Program-made: the position numbers and the translations under genes
Shown here: piece by piece, positions 49,346-62,400 of the stretch
How the letters are laid out: each line of letters opens with the position of its first letter
Position numbering within the stretch: position 1 is the first letter of the stretch
Assembly: GCA_964016885.1 (NCBI GenBank)
Contig: OZ024742.1
Location: 9,796,001 to 9,860,000 of the forward strand
From: Eledone cirrhosa
Taxonomy: Eukaryota
Length of the DNA: 64,000 bases
Direction: 5' to 3'
Notes under the pieces: model-generated
Databases searched by the model: none
What the model was told of the DNA's origin: nothing
The model's input: only the letters and a program-made list of their open reading frames with translations

Positions 49346-49438
49346 ATCACCAGTCTGAGGAGCAATTCGATAATGGATACATAACTTCCGTTGGTTAACC
49401 TGAGCCAATCCTCTGCGAAACGCGTGTTACAGGTCGAT
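49346..49438 (+). ncRNA. Type I hammerhead motif with expanded, branched stem II
   Basis: ATCACCAGT-CTGAGGA(49355-61)-GCA...TGC-GAAA(49417-20)-CGCGTG-TT-ACAGGTCGAT; quasi-palindromic ACGCGTGT stem III, GUU site. Confidence 0.6.
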
Positions 49439-49618
49439 ACTCAATGCAAATCTAAATACATATAAATGAAACTTCATTGTTCTTATTATCCTATTATTAT
49501 ATTCACTCTGCATGTATAGCAAGTACTACTTTTAGTACCACCACCAATAATTCACTGAATCACCTACACTAGTCATACACACACACACACACACACACAT
49601 GCCCCCACCCACACACAC

Positions 49619-49687
<69 letters not shown>

Positions 49688-50134
49688 CAAATTTATTAGT
49701 CTATTCTATATCAATCTTTCTCACACCGTCCACCGTCCTTTTATAGAAAGTGGTTGTCTAGCCCCACATGTAATGTAGTCGCAATATTTATAATGTTTAG
49801 TTTATTTCTGTGAAAGCCATTAGAATTAATATAGACATTATTTATTATTATTATTAATAATTAGTTTAAAATCATGACAAGTAAAATAAATCTTTGATAA
49901 TCTTGTTATTAACATTAAGGCTAGTCTTTATATTTTTACCAACATTAATCATCGATATACATATATATGTGTTTGTCTCTGTGTATATATGAATAATATA
50001 TATACTTCTATCTCTCACTTTGTATATATATATATATATGTATACATGTATGTATATATGTATATATATATATATACTTCTCTCTCTCACTATGTATATA
50101 TATGTATATATGTATATATGTATGTATATGTATA

Positions 50135-50209
<75 letters not shown>

Positions 50210-50345
50210 GTTAAACAAGGTTCAATGAATAAATCAAAGAATGAGTTTTACAATAAATTTGAAGCACTCAACAGTAATGATTTTCCGGAGTTATTAATAT
50301 TAATTCAAAATATTAACAAAAAAAAACATTCGTGTGATCAATTAT

Positions 50346-50410
50346 ATTTTATTATGCATATTTCAGAGGTACTGAGCTATCTTTAACAGTACGTCCTCAT
50401 CAGATAAAAT
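50346..50410 (-). ncRNA. Type I hammerhead ribozyme motif (inverted copy)
   Basis: Reverse complement of 54720-54784, with ATATGCAT in stem III. Confidence 0.75.
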
Positions 50411-50929
50411 AAGATGATGCATGACATACTCTGACTTAGTAGATGGTTAAGATTCAGTCATGGTAGTGAATATGATATGACAAGACTCAATATATATACC
50501 TTAAGTTTGAGACATGAACAAATTTACATATAATACAGAGGGTGCGTGTGAGAAAGCCTAAAAATACATAATAGCAATTTACATAACTGTTAGAGATTCA
50601 AATAATTTAAATTATTGAAGAAAGAAGAAAGAAAGAAGTAAGACAGAGAGAAACAGATGAGGAAAAAATATAGTTACGAGAAGTATAGAAAGCAAAAGAG
50701 TGTTGATCAAGGATAGAGAGACAAGGTGTAATAATTTTTATAGTATAAAGCATAGATAAATACATGAATATACATTTGGGTATAGCTTTGTGAAAGAGTA
50801 AACTCGAATCTATTAATTATCTAGAAGTATCGATCAATGTAAATATTAAATATATGTGAGTGTAATTATATGAGGGTTTAATTTCGAGTCCTTAGTTAAT
50901 TAGAAATATACTAACATAAATTATAGAAA

Positions 50930-52746
50930 AGCCCAATAATGATGCATTTAAATTAATAGCCAAACTTGGAATTGAAGGAAGAACCGAGCCTTTTATACCT
51001 AGACAGCTGAGTATAAATTTTAAGGATCACAAGAGAAACTTTGAGGAAGACCTGCCAATTAGACTGATTGCTCCATCTAAATCGGATATTGGAGTAATCA
51101 GTAAGAATATTAATGGTAGAATTCTACCTACTCTGAAATTGAAGTCTAAATTGAGCTTATGGAAGGACACTAATGAAGTGATTGACTGGTTTAAAAATAT
51201 AGATAATAAGAAAAATCACATATTCATCCAAAAGGACATAACAAGCTATTATTATTCTATTACACCTAACCTATTAAATAAGGCTTTGTCTTATTCTTAC
51301 AAACATACCGATCTAACTACGGATGAAATCAATATCATATTAACTGCTAGAAGAACTCTAATTAATTTTAACGATGAGTATTGGACCCATTCAGATAGGA
51401 ATAGAAACTTTGACATTACCATGGGATCATCGGACTCGGCGCAGGTCACTGATCTTCTGGGGATTTTTATCTTAAATATGGTAAATAGAAAACTGCCGGA
51501 GATTACCGGTGGTTAATATAGGGACGATATTTTATTTACGGTTGTCAAACATAGCAATACAGAATTAAATAGGTTTAGAAAACTAAAATTGAATTCTTTA
51601 AAAATTATGACCTTGTATTAGAAGTTGAAAGTGGTACCAAAATAGTTAATTTCCTTGACGTTACCCTTAACTTAAACCCAAGTTTGTATTACCCTTTCCA
51701 TAAGCCCAATGAAAACTTAAATGACCTTAGCTATTACGCTAATCACCCTAAATCCGTGAAAAATGCAATGGTCAATAGTGTACAGAAACGCATAACTAGA
51801 ATATCCGGTAATAAATCCATATTTGATGAAAAAGCAGGATATTATCATGACGCGCTACGAAAGGCAGGTTATAAAAATAATATTGAATATATAGATAATA
51901 ATAATTTGAATTATAATCCTGATAAAACTAAGACTAACATATACAAACGAGATTCTAAAAATTATAATACAAACACTAATACCGTGAATAAATCGGTGAA
52001 AAAAATCAGAACTAAATCAGTAATAGTGTACAGAAACGCATAACTAGAATATCCGGTAATAAATCCATATTTGATGAAAAAGCAGGATATTATAATGACG
52101 CGCTACGAAAGGCAGGTTATAAAAATAATATTGAATATATAGATAATAATAATTTGAATTATAATCCTGATAAAACTAAGACTAACATATACAAACGAGA
52201 TTCTAAAAATTATAATACAAACACTAATACCGTGAATAAATTGGTGAAAAAAATCAGATCTAAATCAGTTATATGGTTTGTAGAAATAGATCAAATCAGT
52301 TATAATTGTAGAAATAGATCAAATTGCCCTCTGCAAAATAATTGTCTGGATTTGCAATCTGGTCTATAAATGCACCGTAAAAGCAAATAATATCACATAC
52401 AACTATATTGGTGCAACTTCATCGACATTTAAATTAAGATTTGCGAATAATAAATACTCTTTTTCGAATCCTAATAGGAAATCTTCGACTTCTTTATCAC
52501 AACTTATATGGTCGTTAAAAGACAAAAATTTTAAATACTCGATTTTTTGGTCGAAGCTGTGAAATAGTCGAATATACTCGAATTCTTTAATATCACCTAA
52601 CTGCAATCTCTGTACTATGGAGACCCTATTAATAATTAATAATTATGATAATTTAATTAACAAAAAAAAATGAATTATTCTCAAATTGTCTTCATAAATC
52701 TTCCTCTACATTCGAAGCCTCGCAAAAAGTCAGGAAAAAACACTAA
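50930..52746 (+). pseudogene. Decayed PLE RT - GIY-YIG ORF (Naiad-like)
   Basis: FKDHKRNF..RLIAPSKSDIG, KDITSYYYSI, ITMGSSDSAQVTDLLG, GG*YRDDIL, VNFLDVTLNL, NCRNRSNCPLQNNC, YIGATSSTFKLRF, CNLCTME; stops, frameshifts and a 248-bp duplication. Confidence 0.87.
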
Positions 52747-54719
52747 ATAAATAGGTTCTAATTTTTGACGTCTCCTATCAACTGAGTGCGTAATATGTTA
52801 TAATAATTTTTTTTACTCATTTATGATATGATTAATGTTAGATTAAGGGTTCTATATAAATATATTAACATATAGATTGTTAACATGATCTCTTGATGAA
52901 TATGCATATCTTTTGATTGTGTAGATACATTTAATTTGATTAGGATTATTGTATTTTCTTAAATATATAGCTTATATGGTTGACAGTTGTAAAGAACCGT
53001 AAACAATTCATGCTTTTATGTATTTATGTGTTTATGCTTTTGGAGTATGTTAGTTTTAAGATTCAGGATGTTTGATTTATATATCTATATTTGTTTATAT
53101 ATGTATATGGTATATGCGTCGTACACGATCCTAGTCGACAAACTTTTTCCACTTAACTTGATGTTAAACTTCAATTATAACTTTACTAACAATGATTTTA
53201 TTATTTATTTTATTATTTATTTATTATATGTATATGGATCACTAATATCGTCTTGATTTCCAAACGGAATAATCTGTATATATTTAGACAAATGTAAATA
53301 TCTGGTTTAATAACAGGCTTCTAGATACATTTATAATTACTTTAGATACTTAAGGACATTCTAGTGTTATAATTGTTAAATATTTTCTAAATTATATAAT
53401 GATTATTATTTTTTAAATTTAATTAAATTCGGGTTAACTTCGGGTCAATGAAAATCTTAAGTTTTCTCTTTCTCATGTTTGCAGACACTTTAAATATGAT
53501 ATTATACTACAATATATATCCTTAAAAAATGTCTAGTATTTTTAATTATATAGCTTAAATATTTGGCACTTATATGATCGCAAACAATTTACTTATTTAT
53601 TTTGAATCTGGTTCGTATCCTTATGATTCATGAAATTTTCATAGTATATATGTATTACATGATCCTAATATAATAATTGATCTAAAACCTTAATTTTAAT
53701 AATCTTAACAGTAACTTATTTATTATATTATATTATATTATGTTATGTATAACTGACTAATATCGTCTTGAACTTTAGACAATATACTCTTTGTATATAT
53801 TTAGACAAATGCATATATCTAATTTAATAATTACTTTTTTAAGTTTAATTATAAGGCCTTTAGATACTTTAGGGCATTATAATTGTTAATTTAAAATTTT
53901 TTAAGTTATAACTGTAATTATTTCCTAAATTATATAATGAGAATTATTTTAATATAGGAAAATAATATAAGATAATATAATTTAATATCGATTACATTCG
54001 TGTGGATGAAAATACTAAGTCTCTTTCTCATGTTTGCAAATACTTTAAATGTGATTTTATAAATTAAATATGTTAGTATACTTTAATATTAATATAGATA
54101 TTTATAAATGTTTATAGCCTGATATATTATACCTTTAGATTATTCATTATTCTGAACTAACATAAAGAATTCGAAATGTAACGGTCAGCCGGATACGTTT
54201 CGATATATATAGTGTATATAATTAATTGTTAGTATATTTCTAATTAACTAAGGACTCGAAATTAAACCCTCATAATTACACCCACATATATTTAATATTT
54301 ACATTGATCGATACTTCTAGATAATTCATAGATTCGAGTTTACTCTTTCACAAAGCTATACCCAAATGTATATTCATGTATTTATCTATGCTTTATACTA
54401 ATAAAATTATTCCTCTTTGTCTCTCTATCCTTGATCAACTCTCTTTTGCTTTCTATACTTCTCGTAACTCTATATTTTCCTCATCTGTTTCTCTCTGTCT
54501 TTCTTCTTTCTTCAATAATTTAAATTATTTGAATCTCTAACAGTTATGTAAATTGCTATTATGTATTTTTAGGCTTTCTCACACGCACCCTCTGTATTAT
54601 ATGTAAATTTGTTCATGTCTCAATCTTAAGGTATATATATTGAGTCTTGTCATATCATATTCACTACCATGACTGAATCTTAACCATCTACTAAGTCAGG
54701 GTATGTCATGCCTCATCTT

Positions 54720-54784
54720 ATTTTATCTGATGAGGACGTACTGTTGAAGATAGCTCAGTACCTCTGAAATATGTATAATAAAAT
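54720..54784 (+). ncRNA. Type I hammerhead ribozyme, well formed (3' pLTR copy)
   Basis: Stem I ATTTTAT/ATAAAAT (7 bp); CTGATGA 54727-33; stem II GGACGTACTG/CAGTACCTCT (9 of 10 pairs); GAAA 54766-69; ATATGTAT stem III; AUA site at 54777. Confidence 0.85.
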
Positions 54785-54826
54785 ATACTTGATCACATGA
54801 ATGTCTAATTTTGTTAATATTTTGAA

Positions 54827-54891
<65 letters not shown>

Positions 54892-54897
<6 letters not shown>

Positions 54898-55352
54898 GAT
54901 ATTAACAAATGGAAACTATATTTATAAAACCATATCTATTTTATTATACATATTTCAAGGATACCATGTTAAATTATGGTATACTTTCATCATACAAAAT
55001 ACAATATATACCAGTTTTATAAATAAATATTGACATACCCTTTCAAAATGCTACCGTTACTTTTGGAAGACATCAGGCCTATCTTGATGTCTTCCAAAAG
55101 TAACGGTAGCATTTTGAAAGGGTATGTCAATATTTATTTATAAAACTGGTATATATTGTATTGTGTCTGATGAAAGCATACCATAATTTAACATGGTATC
55201 CTTTAAATATGTATAATAAAATAGATATGGTTTTATAAATATAGTTTCCATTTGTTAATATCGTATATTTACTCCAAATACTTGTCGAGTGCTTTATAAC
55301 AGTTATAAAAATATTTGCTTGTTGTATCCCAACAATATAAATAGAACTTTTG
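54892..55352. mobile_element. Fold-back palindrome of a Naiad pLTR end (184-bp arms, 9-nt loop, about 85-nt tail)
   Basis: Arms 54892-55075 / 55085-55268; similar to the pLTR at 11216-11460; HHR copies at 54938-55000 (minus) and 55160-55222 (plus). Confidence 0.85.
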
Positions 55353-55382
55353 CATATATATATATACATATATATATATATG

Positions 55383-55419
<37 letters not shown>

Positions 55420-55535
55420 ATGGGTGTGTGTATGAATGTATGTACGACTGTGTTTGTATATGTATCAATATCTATTATGTATAATAAATATGTATACTTA
55501 TGTGTGTTTGCAGCCATCATATAGATATCTATCAA

Positions 55536-55567
<32 letters not shown>

Positions 55568-55580
55568 ATATATATGCATG

Positions 55581-55625
<45 letters not shown>

Positions 55626-55631
55626 TGCATG

Positions 55632-55724
<93 letters not shown>

Positions 55725-55761
55725 GTATATACATATATATATGTATATATATATTATATAT

Positions 55762-55798
<37 letters not shown>

Positions 55799-55915
55799 CA
55801 ATATACTCCCTCACACAAATACATTACACAAACATTGATTTTTTAAATATTTAAGTAACACTCCATTATCTATCATTTCGTTTCTCTCTATCATTGTTTC
55901 GTCTTTTGATTTCAC

Positions 55916-55939
55916 ATCCTTGCGGCAAATAAAGAAATC
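55916..55939 (+). mobile_element. Isolated Tx1-like 3' terminus
   Basis: CCTTGCGGCAAATAAAGAAAT resembles CCCTAGTGGCAAATAAACAGAAAT at 6102-6125; preceded by pyrimidine-rich sequence and followed by a decayed trinucleotide repeat. Confidence 0.45.
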
Positions 55940-56222
55940 ACTGTTACCATTATAGCATTATCACTACTATTGTTCACTTTTATCATTCCTGCTATTATAT
56001 TTACTGATACCATATTACCATCATTATGATCCACATAATCCGCCTTCAACCTTCTCCTATACCTATTCCTCTTTAAGAATACTTTGTAGAATTATTGGAG
56101 CACACTCACAATCACAGTCATACGCACACATACTTATATATGTATATGTATATAATATATATATATAAATACGCATACATATACATATATATATAAATAC
56201 GCATACATATACATATATATAT

Positions 56223-56305
<83 letters not shown>

Positions 56306-56320
56306 CACATATATATATAT

Positions 56321-56377
<57 letters not shown>

Positions 56378-56380
<3 letters not shown>

Positions 56381-56831
56381 TGTTATGCTTTGGGAGGGTC
56401 ATGTTTCCAATCAGAAACACACGCACCAGTCGCTTTCATTTCAATTTATTATAAATTAAATTTATAAATTTAAGAATTTATAAATTTACGTTTGGTTGGT
56501 TGGTTCCATACACAAAAACAAGATGGCGTAGCACAGAACATAGGAGAGGCACAAAAACAAAGAAAAGAATCCCAGTCACTGAAGAGGTCACAGAATGTGT
56601 GACGAAAGAACTTTGACAATATATGAACAACCGCCCGGTTGTGGAACCAACCAACCAACCAACCGGAAATTTATAAATTCTTAAATTTATGGATTTAATT
56701 TATAATAAAATGGAGTGTAAGCAACTGTTGCGTGTGTTTCTTATTGGCAACATGACCCTCCCAAAGTACAACAATGTCGGTTTCAACACACGTTTTCAGA
56801 CGAAGAATCTTGCTAAACAAATTCAGAAACG

Positions 56832-56835
<4 letters not shown>
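56378..56835 (+). mobile_element. MITE-like fold-back element with a hammerhead in the spacer
   Basis: Imperfect inverted arms 56378-56508 / 56642-56777; about 58-nt tail; (TA)n both sides. Confidence 0.75.
56575..56617 (+). ncRNA. Minimal type I hammerhead motif
   Basis: GTCA-CTGAAGA-G-GTCACA-GAATG-TGTGAC-GAAA-GAAC-TT-TGAC: 4-bp stem I, 6-bp stem II, CUU site. Confidence 0.75.
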
Positions 56836-56878
<43 letters not shown>

Positions 56879-56923
56879 TAATAATAATAAATTTGCTTAA
56901 ACTTTAATCTGTTATTTTAATAA

Positions 56924-56954
<31 letters not shown>

Positions 56955-57207
56955 CATATATATATATGACATCCCTTTAAATAAGCTATAAAATATATTT
57001 AATCAACAGCTACGAAATTTAGCACATAAATTATGTAATATTCATTCATTATTTATTCAAAGTAATCCAACTTATTTTACAAACAAGGTAAAAAAAGACG
57101 TTCTGGATGCAGTCCCGCACTACTTCCTTTATTATAGTTAAGATTTTGAAGACAATACGCTATCAGTTTTAAAGTAGTGTCTATGTCACATCTTTTCTTC
57201 GGCGAAA

Positions 57208-57241
<34 letters not shown>

Positions 57242-57243
<2 letters not shown>

Positions 57244-57438
57244 AGTAAGTATGTTTTGAAACAGTGAGCAGGTTTGAAATTAGAAATTAGAATAGCTTTC
57301 ACCGTATTTTGGAAAAAGATGAGTATTGACTTACGTCAATACTCATCTTTTTCCATTTATCTGAGGGTTCTAAACCCCATTATCAGGCTAAAATTCCTAT
57401 ACTCAAAAATACGGTGAAAGCTACTCTAATTTCTAATT
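57242..57438. mobile_element. Micro fold-back element in (TA)n
   Basis: Inner 21-bp perfect stem 57310-57330/57335-57355; outer arms 57278-57310 / 57406-57438; about 36-nt tail on the left. Confidence 0.65.
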
Positions 57439-57439
57439 A

Positions 57440-57462
57440 TATATATATATATATATATATGC

Positions 57463-57506
<44 letters not shown>

Positions 57507-57528
57507 ATATATATATATAAACATATAC

Positions 57529-57586
<58 letters not shown>

Positions 57587-57592
57587 ATATAC

Positions 57593-57660
<68 letters not shown>

Positions 57661-57666
57661 ATATAC

Positions 57667-57728
<62 letters not shown>

Positions 57729-57734
57729 ATATAC

Positions 57735-57816
<82 letters not shown>
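57440..57816. repeat. (TA)n with recurring AAACATATACG interruption
   Basis: Interruption at about 57519, 57583, 57657 and 57725; also at about 58421. Confidence 0.85.
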
Positions 57817-57817
<1 letters not shown>

Positions 57818-58386
57818 ATTTTTCTATTGACAGATTAATTGTAGAAGTTTATTTTAAAACCACCCGATTGTGCTATTATACGATTTGTGCTATTTATGCT
57901 ATTGTTTGCATGATATATTTTGATTGAATGACTTTGCCAAAATCTGGAGTTATTCCCCTTGTGATTTCCACACGTGGTTTAACTTACCACCGTGTCATTC
58001 ACTTATTTGGTACAGAGCGAAATACTTGTTGATAACGTGATATTCCTTGTTCGATCATTATACACAAAGCTTATATTTTTAAGCAGACTGTATTTTGATT
58101 TTGGTGTCACAGAAACTCTAAATCGGATTTTAACAGCAATTCCGGTAGTCCAGGTCTGGTTATCATTTATTTTTTATCATTTATTTTGTTTTGACCTGTT
58201 TAGCTTGACTTGTTTTTTGGCTTGGGTGGTTCATGCCTTCTTGACCACCTTTTCAGTTTTGTATGGCTTCTTAACACATTGTTTAACTCTGGTTTTTAAC
58301 TATTGAGCACTTTTCCAGTATCATTTCTGATTTTTGCGTTTTGCTTCGCCTTTCCTGTCCGCCGAGATGCGATTCTCGCTGAATCT

Positions 58387-58424
<38 letters not shown>

Positions 58425-58430
58425 ATATAC

Positions 58431-58486
<56 letters not shown>

Positions 58487-58517
58487 AGATCATAAGATGG
58501 TTAAAGGAGTTCCATGT

Positions 58518-58586
58518 ATTTTATTATGCGCATTTCAAAAACAAACATCATCATGCAATAATATTTGTGTTTTCATCAGATAAAAC
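58518..58586 (-). ncRNA. Type I hammerhead ribozyme motif (Naiad pLTR type)
   Basis: Reverse complement: GTTTTAT-CTGATGA-long AU/GU stem II-GAA-ATGCGCAT-A-ATAAAAT; perfect palindromic stem III, AUA site. Confidence 0.78.
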
Positions 58587-58611
58587 AGGAGAACATGATA
58601 TGAAGGCTAAA

Positions 58612-58681
58612 AAACACTTGTGGATAGTGCAGTTTTAAATCAACATATGTTGATTTAAAACTGCACTATCCACAAGTGTTT
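58612..58681. repeat. Perfect 70-bp palindrome with no spacer
   Basis: AAACACTTGTGGATAGTGCAGTTTTAAATCAACAT|ATGTTGATTTAAAACTGCACTATCCACAAGTGTTT. Confidence 0.95.
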
Positions 58682-58884
58682 GTTGTCCATTGAATTGACC
58701 CTATTCTATAAATATGTCAACTAAGGAGTAGAGAACTGGCCATTGTTAGCTTATCTTTCTGCCAGAAATGACCTGATAAACCACGCTATTATTTTAAATA
58801 CATCAGTGAAATACATTGAATTGAAGATTGAGATGAACATTAAGTAGAAGGGGAACAAGATATATTGTAGTACAACTACCAGCA

Positions 58885-59455
58885 ATGTCACCACTACAAC
58901 ACTACCACTACAACACTACCACCGTCACCTCTACCACTACAACACTACCACTACAACACTACCACTGTCACCACTACCACTACAACACTACCACTACAAC
59001 ACTACCACCGTCACCTCTACCACTACAACACTACCACTACAACACTACCACTGTCACCACTACCACTACAACACTACCACTAAAACACTACCACTGTCAC
59101 CACTACCACTACAACACTACCACTACAACACTACCACTGTCACCACTACCACTACGACACTACCACTACAACACTACCACTGTCACCACTACCACTACAA
59201 CACTACCACTACAACACTACCACTGTCACCACTACCACTACAACACTACCACTACAACACTACCACTATCACCACTACCACTACAACACTACCACTACAA
59301 CACTACCACTGTCACCACTACCACTACAACACTACCACTACAACACTACCACCGTCACCTCTACCACTACAACACTACCACCGTCACCTCTACCACTACA
59401 ACACTACCACCGTCACCACTACCACTACAACACTACCACTACAACACTACCACCA
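58885..59455. repeat. Minisatellite of 14/15-bp subunits forming an about 43-bp unit
   Basis: CCACTACAACACTA x2 + CCACTGTCACCACTA. Confidence 0.88.
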
Positions 59456-59479
59456 AGGTGACCACTCCAACTTCCACCA

Positions 59480-62400
59480 ACGTCACCACTACCACTATAA
59501 CACAACCACCAGTACTATCACCACTACCACTATAACCACCACTACTATAACACTACCACAATCTCCACCATCACCACTACTATCACTACTACAGCTACCC
59601 CCAACGTCACCACTACCACTATAACACTACCACAATCTCCACCATCACCACTACTATTACAACTACAGTTACCCCCAACGTCACCATTACCACTATAACA
59701 CTACCACAATCTCCACCATCACCACTACTATCACTACTACAACTACCCCCAACGTCACCACTACCACTATAACACTACCACCATCTCCACCATCACCACT
59801 ACTATCACTACTACAGCTACCCCCAACGTCACCACTACCACTATAACACTACCACAATCTCCACCATCACCACTACTATCACTACTACAGCTACCCCCAA
59901 CGTCACCACTACCACTATAACACTACCACAATCTCCACCATCACCACTACTATCACTACTACAGCTACCCCCAACGTCACCACTACCACTATAACACTAC
60001 CACAATCTCCACCATCACCACTACTATCACTACTACAGCTACCCCCAACGTCACCACTACCACTATAACTCTACCACCATCTCCACCATCACCACTACTA
60101 TCACTACTACAACTACCCCCAACCTAACCACTACCACTATAACACTACCACCATCTCCACCATCACCACTACTATCACTACTACAACTACCCCCAACGTC
60201 ACTACTACCACTATAACACTACCACCATCTCCACCATCACCACTACTATTACTACTACAGTTACCCCCAACGTCACCATTACCACTATAACACTACCACA
60301 ATCTCCACCATCACCACTACTATCACTACTACAACTACCCCCAACGTCACCACTACCACTATAACACTACCACCATCTCCACCATCACAACTACTATCAC
60401 TACTACAACTACCCCCAACGTCACCACTACCACTATAACACTACCACAATCTCCACCATCACCACTACTATCACTACTACAACTACCCCCAACCTAACCA
60501 CTACCACTATAACACTACCACAATCTCCACCATCACCACTACTATCACTACTACAACTACCCCCAACGTCACCACTACCACTATAACACTACCACCATCT
60601 CCACCATCACCACTACTATCACTACTACAGCTACCCCCAACGTCAAAACTACCACTATAACACTACCACAATCTCCACCATCACCACTACTATCACTACT
60701 ACAGCTACCCCCAACGTCACCACTACCACTATAACACTACCACCATCTCCACCATCACCAGTACTATCACTACTACAACTACCCCCAACGTCACCACTAC
60801 CACTATAACACTACCACAATTTCCACCATCACCATTACTATCACTACTACAGCTACCCCCAACGTCACCACTACCACTATAACACTACCACCATCTCCAC
60901 CATCACCAGTACTATCACTACTACAGCTACCTCCAACGTCACCACTACCACTATAACACTACCACCATCTCCACCATCACCAGTACTATCACTACTACAG
61001 CTACCCTCAACGTCACCACTACCACTATAACACTACCACCATCTCCACCATCACCAGTACTATCACTACTACAACTACCCCCAACGTCACCACTACCACT
61101 ATAACACTACCACCATCTCCACCATCACCACTACTATCACTACTACAGCTACCCCCAACGTCACCACTACCACTATAACACTACCACCATCTCCACCATC
61201 ACCACTACTATCACTACTACAACTACCCCCAACCTAACCACTACCACTATAACACTACCACAATCTCCACCATCACCACTACTATCACTACTACAGCTAC
61301 CCCCAACGTCACCACTACCACTATAACACTACCACCATCTCCACCATCACCACTACTATCACTACTACAGCTACCCCCAACGTCACCACTACCACTATAG
61401 CACTACCACCATCTCCACCATCACCACTACTATCACTACTACAACTACCCCCAACGTCACCACTACCACTATAACACTACCACCATCTCCACCATCACCA
61501 CTACTATCACTACTACAACTACCCCCAACGTCACTACTACCACTATAACACTACCACCATCTCCACCATCACCACTACTATCACTACTACAGCTACCCCC
61601 AACGTCACCACTACCACTATAACACTACCACAATCTCCACCATCACCACTACTATCACTACTACAGCTACCCCCAACCTAACCACTACCACTATAACACT
61701 ACCACCATCTCCACCATCACCATTACTATCACTACTACAGCTACCCCCAACGTCACCATTACCACTATAACACTACCACAATCTCCACAATCACCACTAC
61801 TATTACTACTACAGCTACCCCCAACCTAACCACTACCACTATAACACTACCACCATCTCCAACATCACCACTACTATCACTACTAGAGCTAACCCCAACG
61901 TCACCACTACCACTATAACACTACCACAATCTCCACCATCACCACTACTATCACTACTACAGCTACCCCCAACGTCACCATTACCACTATAACACTACCA
62001 CAATCTCCACAATCACCACTACTATTACTACTACAGCTACCCCCAACCTAACCACTACCACTATAACACTACCACCATCTCCACCATCACCACTACTATC
62101 ACTACTACAGCTACCCCCAACCTAACCACTACCACTATAACACTACCACAATCTCCACCATCACCACTACTATCACTACTACAGCTACCCCCAACGTCAC
62201 CACTACCACTATAACACTACCATAATTTCCACCATCACCATTACTATCACTACTACAGCTACCCCCAACGTCACCACTACCACTATAACACTACCACAAT
62301 CTCCACCATCACCACTACTATCACTACTACAACTACCCCCAACGTCACCATTACCACTATAACACTACCACCATCTCCACCACCACCACTACTATCACTA

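Larger units (their letters stand above)
50207..54832 (+). mobile_element. 5'-truncated Naiad-like Penelope element with inverted pLTR
   Basis: RT + GIY-YIG remnants on the plus strand; about 610-bp inverted arms 50298-50916 / 54227-54832; HHR in each arm; about 90-nt tail on the left arm; (TA)n both sides. Confidence 0.88.

Noticed and set aside
52555-52565. In-frame TGA in the Naiad endonuclease as selenocysteine (reported for some Naiads)
   Set aside because: Not at a conserved Cys position; the ORF has many other lesions and the zinc-motif positions are not TGA.
58080-58165. Hammerhead-like GAAACT..AGTC-CAGGTCTG with upstream CAGACTG
   Set aside because: No CTGANGA core present; too degenerate to support.
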